A DNA stretch of 64,000 nucleotides from positions 5,208,001-5,272,000 of the forward strand of contig OY740804.1 of the NCBI GenBank assembly GCA_963514005.1. The letters run 5' to 3'. Shown here piece after piece: positions 13,284 through 25,680 of the stretch (positions are counted from its first letter, which is position 1; the number at the start of each line of letters is the position of its first letter). Made by a program: the position numbers and the translations under genes. Under the pieces are notes generated by a model. That model was not told the DNA's origin. It ran no database searches and saw only the letters and a list, made by a program, of their open reading frames with translations. Source of the stretch: Raja brachyura. Its lineage: Eukaryota.

Positions 13284-16200
13284 CTGAGAAGCTAAACGAT
13301 GATTATTGGGCGTCATTCCATCAGAATAACAATATTAATATAACGATTACCCTTAATTTTTATCTGATTCTTCTAACGCGTGTCCACAGTTCAATACTTG
13401 TAATCATTTAACCGTTTTTATATCCCCATTGCTCAATGGTTCAATGGTACTTTATTGTCTCATGCACATGGGTACAGTGAAATTTATTTTGCATAGAATT
13501 CAGTCAAAATCTTACTTTATATAAGCACAGCTGAAGCCAAGGACAAGAATATTAATAGCAGATTATACGATGCAGTACACAAGAGTTGCCACACTGGAGA
13601 CGGCACTGGGTGGGAGTTGCAGGGTTCGGCCTGGCCTGGCGATGTTGTCGGTGCCTCCACCACCGCCGCTCCGTGCCGCTGCAGGCCGTGTCCGGTCCGC
13701 GCGCTCGTCCCCGACCTCTGTGGGGCCTCCAGCGGCACCCGATCCACCGGCTGCTGCAGGGCCTCCAGCAGCCCACTCGCACTCAGCCCACACCTCGACC
13801 CACCAACGCACCCTTTTCCCCTCGCCTCCCACGGCCGTCTCCATGCGAGGTGAGGCCCCACCCAGCCAGCTCACCGGCGCTGTTCTTCTCCTCCCTCCAC
13901 CACTGCTGACCCCATCTCCAAGGTCTCGGCTGTTTTTTTCCTTGAATAACAAATAAAATGCAGTTTATAATCTCTACCATCAAATTTTACCCGAGGATAT
14001 GGCCCAGGGCGGCACAGTGGCGCAGCGGTAGAGTTGCTGCCTTACAGCGCCAGAGACCCGGGTTTGATCATGATTACGGGTGCTGTCTGTACGGAGTTTG
14101 TATGTTCTGTCTGTGACAGCGTGGGTTTTCTCCGAGTGCTCCGGTTTCCTCCCACAATCCAAAGACGTGTAGTTTTGTAGGTTAATTGGCCTCTGTATAA
14201 TTGTAAATTGTCCCTCGTGTGTATGATAGTGCGAGTGTACGGGGTGATCATTGGTCGGCGCGGACTTGGTTGGCTGTAGGGTCTAAAGCGCCATCTATAA
14301 TGTTTGTGACAAAGACCCATCATTTATTTATTTGCCTCTGTACTCCACAATTTGAGAATTGCAATAGGAAAAAAGCTCATGTGGTTAAAGTGCACATTGT
14401 CAAATATTAATAAAGGCCATTTTTACACATTTTGGTTTCACCATATAGAAATTACAGCAGTGTTTATACAAAGTACCCCCATTTCAGGGCACCATAATGT
14501 TTGGGACACAACAATGTCATGTAAATGAAAGTAGTCATGTTTAGTATTTTGTTCCATATCCTTTACATGCAATGACTGCTTGAAGTCTCCGATTCATGGA
14601 CATCACCAGTTGCTGGGTGTCTTCTCTGGTGATGCTCTGCCAGGCCTGTATTGCAGCCATCTTTAGTTTATGCTTATTTTGAGGGCGAGTCACATTCAGT
14701 TTTCTCTTCAGCATATAAAAGGCATGCTCAATTGGGTTCAGAATGACTTGGCCACTCAAGAATTGATCATTTTTTAGCTTTGAAAAATTCCTTTGTTGCT
14801 TTTGCAATATGTTTGGAATCATTGTCTTGCTGTAGAATGAATTGCCGGCCTATGAGTTTTGAGGCATTTGTTTGAACTTGAGCAGATAGGATGTGTCTAT
14901 ACACTTCAGAGTTCATTGTGCTACCACCATCAGCAGTTGTATCATCAATGAAGATAAGTGAGTCAGTACTTTCAGCAGCCATGCATGCCCAGGCCATAAC
15001 ACCCCCACCACCGTGTTTCCCAGATGAGGTGGTACGATTTGGATTTTGGGCAGTTCCTCCTCTTGTCCATACTTTGCTCTTGCCATTAATCTGATATAAA
15101 TTAATCTTTGTCTCATCTGTCCACAAGATTTTTTCCAGAACTGTGGTTGCTCTGTTAAGTACTTTGTGGCAAACTGTAACCTGGCCATCCTATTTTTGTG
15201 GTAACCAGTGGTTTGCGTCTTGCAGTGTAGCCTCTGTATTTCTGTTCATGAAGTCTTCTGCGGACAATGGTCATAGCAAATCCGCACCTGACTCCTGAAG
15301 AGTGTTTCTGATCTGTCGGACAGGGTGTTTGGGCTTTTTTCTTTATTATAGAGAGAATTCTTCTGTCATCAGCTGTGGAGGTCTTCCTTGGCCTGCCAGT
15401 CGCTTTGCGATTAGTAAGCTCACCAGTGCTCTCTTTCTTCTTAATGATGTTCCAAACAGTTGATTTTGTTAAGCCTGATGTTTGGCTGGTTTCTAACAGT
15501 TTTATTCTTGTTTCTCAGTCTCATAATGGCTTCTTTGATTTTCATTGGCACAACTTTGGTCCTCATGTTGATAAACAGCAATAAAAGTTTCCAAAGGTGA
15601 TGGAAAGACTGGAGGAAAGACTAGGTGCTGAGAGCTTTCTTGTAACTGCATTAAGGAGGCAATTAAACACACCTGAGCAATTACAAACACCTGAAAAGCC
15701 AGGTCCAAAACATTATGGTGCCCTGAAATGGGGGGACTCTGTATAAACACAGCTGTAATTTCTACATGATGAAACCAAAATGTATAAAAATACCCTGTAA
15801 TAAAATCTGACAATGTGCACTTTAACCACATGTGATTTTTTCTATTACCAATCTCAAATTGTGGAATACAGAGGCAAATAAATAAATGAAGGGTCTTTGT
15901 CCCAAACATTATGGAGGGCACTGAATGTCCACACTTTATCTCTACAATTCTAAAGTAAATTCCCATCATTCCCAATTGAATTTAATGTGAACACCAGAGT
16001 AAAGAGATTGCAAACTTTTACCTTTTAAAAGTTGTCACACAGCTGATGGAAAGCGGGAAGAGAAGCAGAACTCCAAAGAGTACCCAGCGCAACACACCCC
16101 AAACACGGCGAACATTCAGCACGATGTCCCTGGAAATCCAAGGAAATATTATTACTTCCACACAAAGATCAACGCTGGGATTTTTTCTTCATCATATTGC

Positions 16201-19200
16201 ACACGGAATCATTCAGTGTGATCCAAGGTTGTGGCATAGACATCGGTGAGATGTTTATATCGCAACATGCACCCATTCCTTGGAGGTGTTCCATGACCAC
16301 ATACATTAACAACTTAGATTAGATTGACAACAAGAAGGCTGCAACTGACAGTCAACGCACCAACCTGGAGGAGTACGCTGCGTCTGTGTCTGCTTCCATG
16401 GAAAAGTGCATAGAGGATGCCTGTGTCACCAAGACCATCACTATATGGGCCAACCAGAAAACCTGGATGAACCCTGAGGTACGTGCGCGTTTAAATCCCA
16501 TGACTTTGTGGCACTCAGATCCGCAAGAGCCAACCTGAACTGAGTCATCAGGCTGGCAAAGCGCGCCCATGGTCAGAAAATCCAGAGCTTCTTTCATGAT
16601 CCCATGAACACCAGGCGCATGTGGCAGGGAATCAAAACGATCACAGAATATAAGACTGCTCCACCACCCTGTGAAGCCAACATTAACTTCCTCAATGAAC
16701 TTAATAAATATTTTGGATGGTTCGAGGCATTCAACAACACTCCTGCGAGAAAAAGTATTCCTCACTGTGATGAACAGGCACCCAGTCTTGATACAGTGGA
16801 TGTCCGGAGGGCCCTAAAAGGAGTGAACACACGGAAGGCGGCAGGCCCTGATAACATACCAGGCCGGGTGGTCTGGGAATGTGCTGATCAGCTGGCACAT
16901 GTCCTTACTAACATCTTCAACACCTCGCTGGAACCAGGCTGTCGTCCCATCATTTTTCAAGACTACCACTATCATACCAGTGCCAAACAAATCCGCAGTA
17001 ACATGTCTCAACGATTACTGCCCTGTAGCACTCATTCCCATAATGATGAAGTGCTTCGAGAGGCTGGTCAGGGACCATATTGCCTCCAGACTTCCCTCCA
17101 CACTTGACCCATACCAGTCTTGCAGGCCAAACCGCTCCACAGAGGACGCTATATCCTCCGTATTCCATTTGAGCCTGGAACATCTAGAGGAGAAGAACAC
17201 ACATGTGCGAATGCTGTTCATGGACTTTAGTTCAGCGTTCAATACAATTATCCCTCAGCACTTGGTGAGCAAACTGGGTCCATTGGGCCTCAGCACCCCC
17301 TTGTGTAACTGGCTACTGGACTTCCTCACTGACAGACCCCAGTCAGTGCGGGTTGGAAACAACACCTCTAACATCATCTCTCTGAGCACCGGCTCCCCTC
17401 AGGTCTGTGTCCTGAGTCCACTGCTGTTCACCCTGATGACCCACGACTGTTGTGCCAGGTTTAGTACAAACCACATCATGAAGTACGCAGATGACACAAC
17501 AGTGGTGGGCCTCATCCGGGACGACAATGAACTGGCTTACAGGGAGGAGGTGAAACAACTGGTGGATTGGTGCAACACGAACAATTTGATCCTGAATGTT
17601 GAAAAAACAAAGGAGGTCATCGTCAACTTCAGGAAAAACCGGCGTAGTCACACACCAATTCACATTAATGACAGCGATGTGGAGTCGGTCAGTAGCACTA
17701 AGTTCCTGGGGGTGCAGATCACTAACAGTCTGAGCTGGTCAGGAAACATCACATCATTAGTTAAGAGAGCGCAGCAGCGGCTGCACTTTCTGCGCCGGAT
17801 GAGAAGAGCTCACCTCCCCCATCCCGTCCTCACCACTTTCTACAGGGGCACCATAGCGAGCATTCTGACCAGCTGCATCTCTGTCTGGTTTGGAGACTGC
17901 AAAGCCTCCGACTGGAAGTCCGTGCAGAGAGTGGTGAGGACGGCTGAAAACGTTATCGGGACTGCTCTCCCCTCAATCGGGGACATTGCGAGCAAACGTC
18001 GCTTGTCTAAGGCCAGCAGTATTATAAAGGACCCCACACATCTCCACCATGTTCACTCTGCTGCCCTCGGGCAAAAGATATCATAGCATAACGAGCTTAA
18101 CGGCCAGGTTCTGCAACAGCTTCTTCCCTCGAGCCATCAGACTCTTGAATTCCATATAATGGGCCGCCACTATTATCTATTTTATCTTTTTATCCATTTT
18201 TTCTTTTTATACATTTTATTCATTTTACCCTTCTGCTATTTTTGTGGTGCATGGGCAGCCAGATGCATTCAAAATTTCGTCTAGAATTGCATTTACTGAT
18301 GTATTTCTGAATGACAATAAAGTTTTGAATGATTGATTGATGTTCATGTTGGTGGTCAGACATACAGCATGAAAACATGTCATTTGACCCAATTTCCCCA
18401 CGCCGACCAAGATGCCCTTATCAACACTAGTCCCATCTGCCGGCCTTAGATGTTAATGTTGGAAGTATGATTAACGAGTTTACAGATTACGCCAAAATTG
18501 TATCATTTTGGATAGTACCATAATCATAGACCACAGAGGGATAAGAAGCAACTGGTATGTTGGACAGAGCAATGCCAGCAGGTGTTGAACCGTGATAAGT
18601 GTGAAGTTATTTGTTTTTGGCATCAAATAAGGGTAGACATTCACAATGGTAGGGCCACTGGGTGTACTAAGGACTGAGGGACTTTAGTCAGTGCCAAGGA
18701 GTATTTATCAAAGGACTGGAATGTGATCAGCCATGCTTTCTCAAAGTACTGGGACTGATTTTACTGACAACAGGATACGTTTCCCCTCTACTCAAACTTT
18801 CACAACTGAGAAAGGTTGTAGATGGTCACAAAATGCTGGAGTAACTCAGCGGGTCAGGCAGCAGGAATGCTGCCCTCTCCCGACGTAGCAAAGTCCACCT
18901 GGTCTGTACAAACTCCGTACAGGCAGCACCCATAGTCGGGATGGAACACGGGTATCCGGTGCTACAAGCGTTGTAAGGCAGCAAGTCTACCGCTGTGCCA
19001 CCATGCCCACCCCCCCCCTCCCCCCCACATACACACCAAAGTAGTGAGGATATCTGGGTGGCATGTTTGAGACCCTAAAGTGAACATTAAATGTTTAAAA
19101 GCACGTTCTGTGCCACTTTAGTGATGTGTGGGAGATGCTTCAGTTGGGAGCGCTCTTGCTCTGTGTGGGGAGATTCTTGGTTCAAATCCCAATCCAGAGA

Positions 19201-22200
19201 TTTGAGCAAGGATCCTTCCTGGGCCACCATAGATGAACCAAGCCCCTTGATCTAGACATGAGGCTCGCCCATTGAGATGCCAGTGCAGCGGTAGAGTTGC
19301 TGCCTCACGGCAGAGGAGTCCAGGGTTCGATCTTGACTACCGGTGCTGTCACAGCAGAGTTTGTACGTTCTCCTGTGATCGCAAGAGTTTACTCCAGGGT
19401 CTCCAGTTTCCTCGCACATTCCAAAGACGTGCGGGTTTGTAATAAATTGTCCCTCGTGTGTAAAGCAAAATTGGTGAGCGGACCCGGTGGGCCAAAGGGT
19501 CCATTTCCACGCTGTATCTTTTAACTGAGCTGAACTGAACTTAACTAATTTGTTCTTAGGTGAGACTGAGTTGGCTCTTCGAGTTACTAACCTGTTTGGA
19601 AGTATTGAACCAAGAGACTCAGTGGAACTTGCTGCCTCGGTGGTTGGTGCATTTTGAGGCAGGGTGGTCAGAGCCCTTTTGTATATTGTTGCCAAGGTGG
19701 TGGTGACCATATCTGGGCGGCTTGTTTGAGACCCTGGTGGAGATAAAGTGAATGAAGTTTTCGAACATTAAATGTCTGAAACCACGTTCTGTGCAACTTT
19801 AGTGAGGTGGGGGAGATGCCTCAGTTGGGAGCGATCTTGCTCTGTGTGGGGAGATTCCTGGGTTCAAATCCCAATCCAGAGATTTGAGCAAGGATCCTTC
19901 TGAGGCCACCATAGATGGGCCAAGCCTCTTGATCTAGACAGGAGGCTCACCCATTAAGATGCCACAGGATCGCAAGCATCCAGAGACTTCTTTCATGCCC
20001 TTCAGAGTCCCACAGGCTGTGTTATCTTCCTGCTGCTAGAGTTAGGCACATGTCTTCTACATTGGAGAAGAACCTGGGAGCGGGAGGATCCATGGACTAT
20101 TTGCGTTACGCGGAAGGAATTGGAAATAATGCAATTTGGTTGGAGGTATCCACCTGAAACATTAATTCTCGTTCTCTCTCCACAGGTTCATAAGTGATAG
20201 GGGCAGAATTAGGCCATTCGGCCCATTAAGTCTACTCCACCTTTCAATCATGGCTGATCTATCTCTCACTCTCAACCCCATTCTCCTGCCTTCTCCCCAT
20301 ATTGCTTGACTCCCGTACTAATTGAGAACCTGTCAACCCCCACCTTAAAAATACCCAATGACTTGGCCCTCATTGGAAACATGGTAAAAGCTTATCCCTG
20401 TACGTCAGTACAGACGACAACAATAAACTGAGCTCATGAATCACCAAAGTTTGTGAGACACAAGGAATCGCAGGTGCTGGAATCTTAAGCAAAGTGCTGG
20501 AGTAACTCAGCAGGTCAGGCAGCATCTGTGGAAGGAATGAATAGATGATGTGTTGGCTTGGGACCCTTCTTCAGATGTTGTGTGAGTGGTGGGTGTGACA
20601 GTGACGGGCAAGGGGAGAGGGTGAGGGGGCGGTTCCCCCCTTCCCCAGTGAGGGGGCGGCAGAGGTTAAGGTCCCGGAAAGATCGTCTTTGGGGAAATGA
20701 GCCGCCAGCAGCAGAACCGCCGGTCCCCATTGATGACCCCCCCCACCCCACCACGGACCCCCGGGGATGTGGCACCGAGTCACTGTCAGGACTGAGGCCG
20801 GGAATTCCCAGGCTGGAATTTTCACAGCTGGGAGAGTGAGGAGAGATCGTCAACGTACCGTCTGATACCTTGAATGAGAAGGAGGTCCTTTCAGCGATGT
20901 TGAATAATATGTTTATCTCACACCAGTAGAATCCTTCGTCACTCTTCTCCAGGTTGTCGATGGTTACTGAAACTATCCGTTCTGTTTTGTTATCAGTCAT
21001 CGATGTTCTCCCTACTCGTGGGTGATCAGTGGAAACCACGGTAGAAGATAACTGGTAAAAATAACCTTTCCTCCATCGCTTCCTGTTGTCAATGTATTCC
21101 CGACCATACGGACATTCCACAGTGACCGACTGCCCCAACTCTCCCCTCACCTCCTTGGGTCCAGTTATTCCCCTTGACCCTGTTGGCACATTAATGATGA
21201 AAGATCACTCACACTGCAGCACAAGCTGAGTTTTAACAAAAAACATGTCATTTGTGCTGTTCAGACAGGTTCATGGTTTTGCATAGATCATGTGTGGCAA
21301 GGAACTGTAGGTGCTAGTTTACACCAAAGAAAGACACAAAGTGCTGGAGTAACTCAGCGGGACAGGCAGCATCTCTGGAGAAAAAGGATGGGTGTCCTTT
21401 TCGGGTCGGGACCCTTCTTGATCTCCCGGTAGCCAACCCTGTCAACGTCCCTTCCCATTCCCACACTGACCTTTCTGTCCTGGGCCTCCACCATTGCCAG
21501 AGTGAGGCCACATGCAAATTGGAGCAACCACACCTCATATTACGCTTAAGTAGTTTACAACCCAACGGTTTGAACGTTGAATTCTCTAATTTTAAATATC
21601 TTCTACTCACCTGCCTCTCCCCTCCCCCCCCTTGACCCCTTTCTCCACCCTGGTGGGTGAGGGGCCGGTTTCCCCCCACCTGCCCCAGTGAGGGGGCGGC
21701 AGAGATTCTGGTCCCGGAGTGATCGTCTTTGGGGTAATGAGTGGCCAGCAGCAGAACCGCCAGTTGCTGGGACCTTCCGTGGGGCTGGTGTCTGACAGCC
21801 CCCACCCCCCCCCCCCACCCATAATGCTCCTGGGACAGTAGGCAGTTGGTGTGGCCCCACGGGCAAGGACCCCAGTAAATGAGGTATCCACACCCCCCCC
21901 CCCCCCACCCTCACCGCGATCCCCGGGAATGTGGCACCGAGTCACCGTCAGGACCGAGGCCGGAATTCCCAGGCTGGAATTTTCACATCTGGAAGAGTGA
22001 GGAGAGATCATCAACGTACCTTCAGAAACCTTCAATGAGATGGGGGGCGATTCTAAGAGTGAATCTCTTTTGCTTTCTATCATACACCAGTAGAGTCCTT
22101 CATCACTCTTCTCCAGGTTGTCGATGGTTACTGAAACTAACCGTTGTATTTTGTTATCAGTCATCGATGTTCTCCCTCGTTGTGGGTCATCAGTAGAAAC

Positions 22201-24205
22201 CACGGTAGAAGATGACCAGTAATCATCACCTTTACTCCATCGCTTCCTGTTGTCTCTGTATTCCTGACCATACTGACATTCCACAGTGACCGACTGCCCC
22301 AACTCTCCCCTCACATCCCCGGGTCCAGTTATTACCCATGACCCTGTTGGCACATTAATGATGAAAGATCACTCACACTGCAGCAACACAAGCTGAGGTT
22401 TAACAATAAAACACATGTCATTTGTGCTGTTCAGACAGGTTCATGGTTTAGCATAGATCATGTGTAGCAAGGAACTGTAGGTGCTGGTTTACACCAAAGA
22501 TAGACACAAAGAGCTGGAGTAACTCAGCGGGACAGGCAGCATCTCTGGAGAAACCAATGGGTGATGTTTCCTCACCCATTCCTTCTCTCCAGAGATGCTG
22601 CCCGTCCCGCTGAGTTACTCCAGCATTTTGTGTCTCTCTTCTTTTGCATAGATCCTGTTGCACTTTAATGCTTTTCCCGCTGGTGTTAATTCCCATTTCA
22701 CCGGGATTGTTCCCCAAGTTCCAGTGAAAGCAGAACCAAGAAGGGTCTCGACCCGAAATGTCGCCTATCTCCTTCGCTCCTTAGATGCTGCTGCACCCGC
22801 TGAGTTTCTCCAGCTTTTTGTGTAACCCTAGATTCTCCAGCATCTGCAGTTCCTTCTTTAACACTGTTTCTGAATCTACCTGGCGCCCAGATCCTCCTTC
22901 CCTGTGGGCGTGGCTTGACCTGAGTGGTGGTCATGTGACAGGAAGCCAACGTGTCACTCACTCTGACCCACCCCGTGTTCAATCTCATTACAACCCACTT
23001 CCCCATTGAACTAGTAGAAACAAGGAACTGCAGATGCTGGTTAATACACAAAAGGACACTAAATGCTGGAGTAACGCAGCGGGTCAGGCGGCATCTCTGG
23101 AGAGAAGCAATGGGTGACGTTTCGGGTCGAGACCCTTCTTCAGACCAACAGTCAGCGAGGGAGGAAGTCAAGAGATATGCAAGGGGTAAAGCATTTAGCT
23201 GATCTGCTGTCAAGTCACTGAGAAAGTTCACCTGGAGATAGTTTGCACCAGAATAGTGGAGCAAACTCTCTGGTCTGGGGGCAAGAGTTACCACTACACC
23301 CATAATCACCAAGGCCAGCTTTTCTACAGGGAGTTAGCTGTGTGCAATTTGGATGCGCACAGCTACACAACAGTTATTAGTGCAGGAAAAAACAAGTCTG
23401 CAAGCACTTTATCTTTAGCAGCTCATAGCCCAGTAGTCTGCTCTGTGGCTCAAAATAATTCAAGGTGCTAGTAAATAATTCTGAAGAACAGATCATAAGT
23501 TAATTAGTACTAGAGCAGAATTAGGCCATTTGGCCCATCAAGTCTACTCTCCATCATTCAATCATGGCTGATCTACCTTTCCCTCTCAACTAAATCCTCC
23601 TGCCTTCTCCCCAGGACTCCTGACACCAGTACTGATCAAGAATCTATCCATCTGCCTTAGAAATATCTATTGGCTTCCACAGCATTCTGTGGCAATGAAT
23701 TCCACAGTTTCACCACCCTTGACTAAAGAAATTCCTCCTCATCTCCTTCCAAAAGGAATGTCCTTTAATTCTGAGGCTGCGACCTCTGGTCCTAGACTCT
23801 CCTACTAGTGGAAACATCCTCACCCCATCCACTCTATCCAGGACGTTCACTATTCGGTAAGTTTCAGTGAGGTCCACAAGGCAAGCTGTAGGTAGTTATC
23901 TCCCTTCTCCACAGGTAGCTAGCTGTGTGCAATTTGGCTGCACACAACACGACAACAACCGCTGATGGAAGTCTCTACAGGAACTGACGAGTGTTGAGCA
24001 ATTTATCCTCAGCTCCGCACACAGTACAGAGAGTCTGTGGTTACAAATAATTCAAGGCGCTGGTAAATAATTCCAAAGAACAGAGCATTTTGTAAAACAA
24101 CGATTTACCTGATGTGAGACCAACAGCGACAAGAACCAACAGAGCGACTGTTCCCCTGGATCTGGGCCGTTTCTGGTGGGTGAATTCTCCCTGTCCCACT
24201 GCCAT
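13181..24205 (-). CDS. Gene B: 6-exon CD300/pIgR-like receptor with two tandem Ig-V exons, 364 aa if both are used. Exons 24205-24109, 22343-22020, 21179-20859, 19733-19592, 16129-16022, 13283-13181
   Basis: GT-AG introns with compatible phases. Exon lengths sum to 1095 nt with no internal stop. Every exon is homologous to gene C. Confidence 0.8.
14008..14283 (+). mobile_element. tRNA-derived SINE. Other copies: ~19280-19530 +, ~27095-27285 +, ~45680-45940 -, ~53950-54245 -, ~56985-57245 -, and partial copies ~50255-50420 - and ~60247-60410 -
   Basis: A box TGGCGCAGCGG, B-box-like GGTTTGATC/GGTTCGATC, and shared body sequence. Confidence 0.85.
14286..15923 (-). mobile_element. Tc1-family DNA transposon, defective, in gene B intron 5 (TM to tail)
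   Basis: ~220-bp IR/DR-type inverted repeats ending CAGTGCCCTCC. Transposase fragments [34 protein letters not shown]. Confidence 0.92.
16022..16129 (-). CDS. Gene B transmembrane exon
   Basis: [36 protein letters not shown] with intact AG and GT sites. Confidence 0.85.
16320..18341 (+). mobile_element. 5'-truncated Rex1/Babar-clade LINE in the gene B stalk-TM intron
   Basis: [30 protein letters not shown], (TTGA)n tail. Empty site present at ~58190-58200. Confidence 0.9.
18455..18700 (+). mobile_element. Old degenerate CR1 RT fragment
   Basis: Decayed homology to the ISKFADDTKI...WAEQWQ..FN.DKCEV region. Confidence 0.5.
19592..19733 (-). CDS. Gene B stalk exon
   Basis: 142 nt, i.e. 15 nt shorter than gene C and in frame. 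[47 protein letters not shown]. Confidence 0.83.
20859..21179 (-). CDS. Gene B Ig-V exon D2
   Basis: 321 nt, phase 1-1. [23 protein letters not shown]...[27 protein letters not shown]. Confidence 0.93.
21420..21600 (+). mobile_element. Penelope-like element remnant (GIY-YIG endonuclease C-terminus) between the two Ig exons of gene B
   Basis: Translates to LPVA...[49 protein letters not shown]. Confidence 0.75.
22020..22343 (-). CDS. Gene B Ig-V exon D1
   Basis: 324 nt, phase 1-1. [23 protein letters not shown]...[28 protein letters not shown]. Confidence 0.93.
23111..23148 (-). ncRNA. Minimal hammerhead motif in gene B intron 1, sense orientation
   Basis: Identical to the 43701-43738 motif, on the minus strand. 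Confidence 0.65.
24109..24205 (-). CDS. Gene B exon 1, signal peptide
   Basis: [32 protein letters not shown](G), 97 nt, donor GTAAAT. Confidence 0.82.
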
Positions 24206-24787
24206 GTCTCGGCTGCGTTGGATTGGTTTTGTCCCTGCACTGCGTTTGAGTTGTCCTCTTCCTCATTCACAACAGAAGTCAAACAGTCAATTTCCGTTTG
24301 CTCAGGAAACGACTTTGCAGTGGTTCGAGACCAACTTGGTGACTCACTTGCCACCTCCCCCAACCTCCTCACCACGGGCAATGCCCCTATCAGGAGTGGG
24401 CTGCAATGCTCTCCTGTTTGCTGGATTGGAGCATCTCCTCGAAGCTCTGCTTCATCCTGGTGACGTTTGCCCGCTTGACTGGCGCTCTGTCCACCACTGC
24501 AAACATTCCCTGCTGTCTTTTGGGTGAATGTCAGGATGTACAGATGTGTCTGCAAACATAGGTACAGAATTCGGCCATTTGCTCCATTGAGTCTACTCCG
24601 CCATTCAATCATGGATGATCCATCTTTCCCACTCCATCCCATTCTCCTGCCTTCTCCCCACAACTTTTGTCACCCTGAGTGAACCTGTCAATCTCCAATT
24701 TTAAAATATCCATTGACTTGGCCTCCACAGTCGTCTGTGGCAATGGATTCCACAGATTCATCACCCTCTGGCTAAAGAAATTCCTCC

Positions 24788-24890
24788 TCAAGTGGTCAAG
24801 TTAGATTGGACGTAGGTGGGGTGTGGTGATGCTGTAGGGTCAAGGTGATGAGATTTGTGCATCTCCAACTGGTGAACACCCTCTCTGGCC
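24788..24890 (-). pseudogene. Orphan cytoplasmic tail exon of a truncated upstream unit
   Basis: Homologous to the other tail exons, with a Tyr>His change (EMHKS). Intron-4 homology ends at ~27285 at L1-B, and no TM or Ig exon is present. Confidence 0.7.
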
Positions 24891-25680
24891 CTGAGAAGCT
24901 AAATGATGATTATTGGGCGTCATTCCATTAGAATAACAATATAAATATAACGATTACCCTTAATTTTATCTTATTCTTCTAACGAGTGTCCACAGTTCAA
25001 TACTTGTAATCATTTAACCGTTTTTATATCCCCATTGCTCAATGGTTCAATGGTACTTTATTGTCTCATGCACATGGGTACAGTGAAATTTCTTTTGCAT
25101 AGAATTCAGTAAAAATCTTACTTTATATAAGCACAGCTGAAGCTAAGAACAAAACTATCAATAGCAGATTTTAAGAAGCAGTACACAAGAGTTGCCACAT
25201 TTCTGGCGGTATTTTATATTCTTAAGCATCAAATTGGTAAAAAAGTAGTCTTATTTTGGGCTTAAAGGCCCGTTGTCGTAGAGACGGCACTGGGTGGGAG
25301 TTGCAGGGGTCGGCCTGGCCTGGCGATGATGTCGGTGCCTCCACCATCGCCGCTTTGTGCTGCTGCAGGCCGTGTCTGGTCCGCGCGCTCGTCCCCGACC
25401 TCTGTGGGACCTCCAGCGGCACCGATCCACCGGCTGCTGCAGGGCCTCCAGCAGCCCACTTGCACTCCGCCCACACCTTGACCCACCAACGCACCCTTTT
25501 CCCCTCACCTCACACGGCCGTCTCCATGCGAGGTGAGGCCCCACCCAGCCAGCTCACCGGCGCTGTTCCTCTCCTCCCTCCACCACTGCCGACCCATCTC
25601 CAAGGTCTCGGCTGTTTTTTTCCTTGAATAACAATTAAAACGCAGTTTATAATCTCTACCATTAAATTTTACCTGAGGAT

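Noticed and set aside
14008-14080. tRNA gene
   Set aside because: The A/B boxes belong to a SINE head that continues into SINE body, with no complete cloverleaf
19036-19074. Second stalk-like mini-exon ([13 protein letters not shown]) from a local duplication
   Set aside because: Its phase-1 acceptor cannot follow the phase-2 stalk donor, it is truncated, and it is absent from the right arm. Treated as a relic.
20859-22343. Ig exons as immunoglobulin, TCR or IgNAR V segments
   Set aside because: No WYxQ or YYC motif, no 3' RSS and no J or C segments. The YWC motif and direct splicing to a mucin stalk indicate the CD300/pIgR class.
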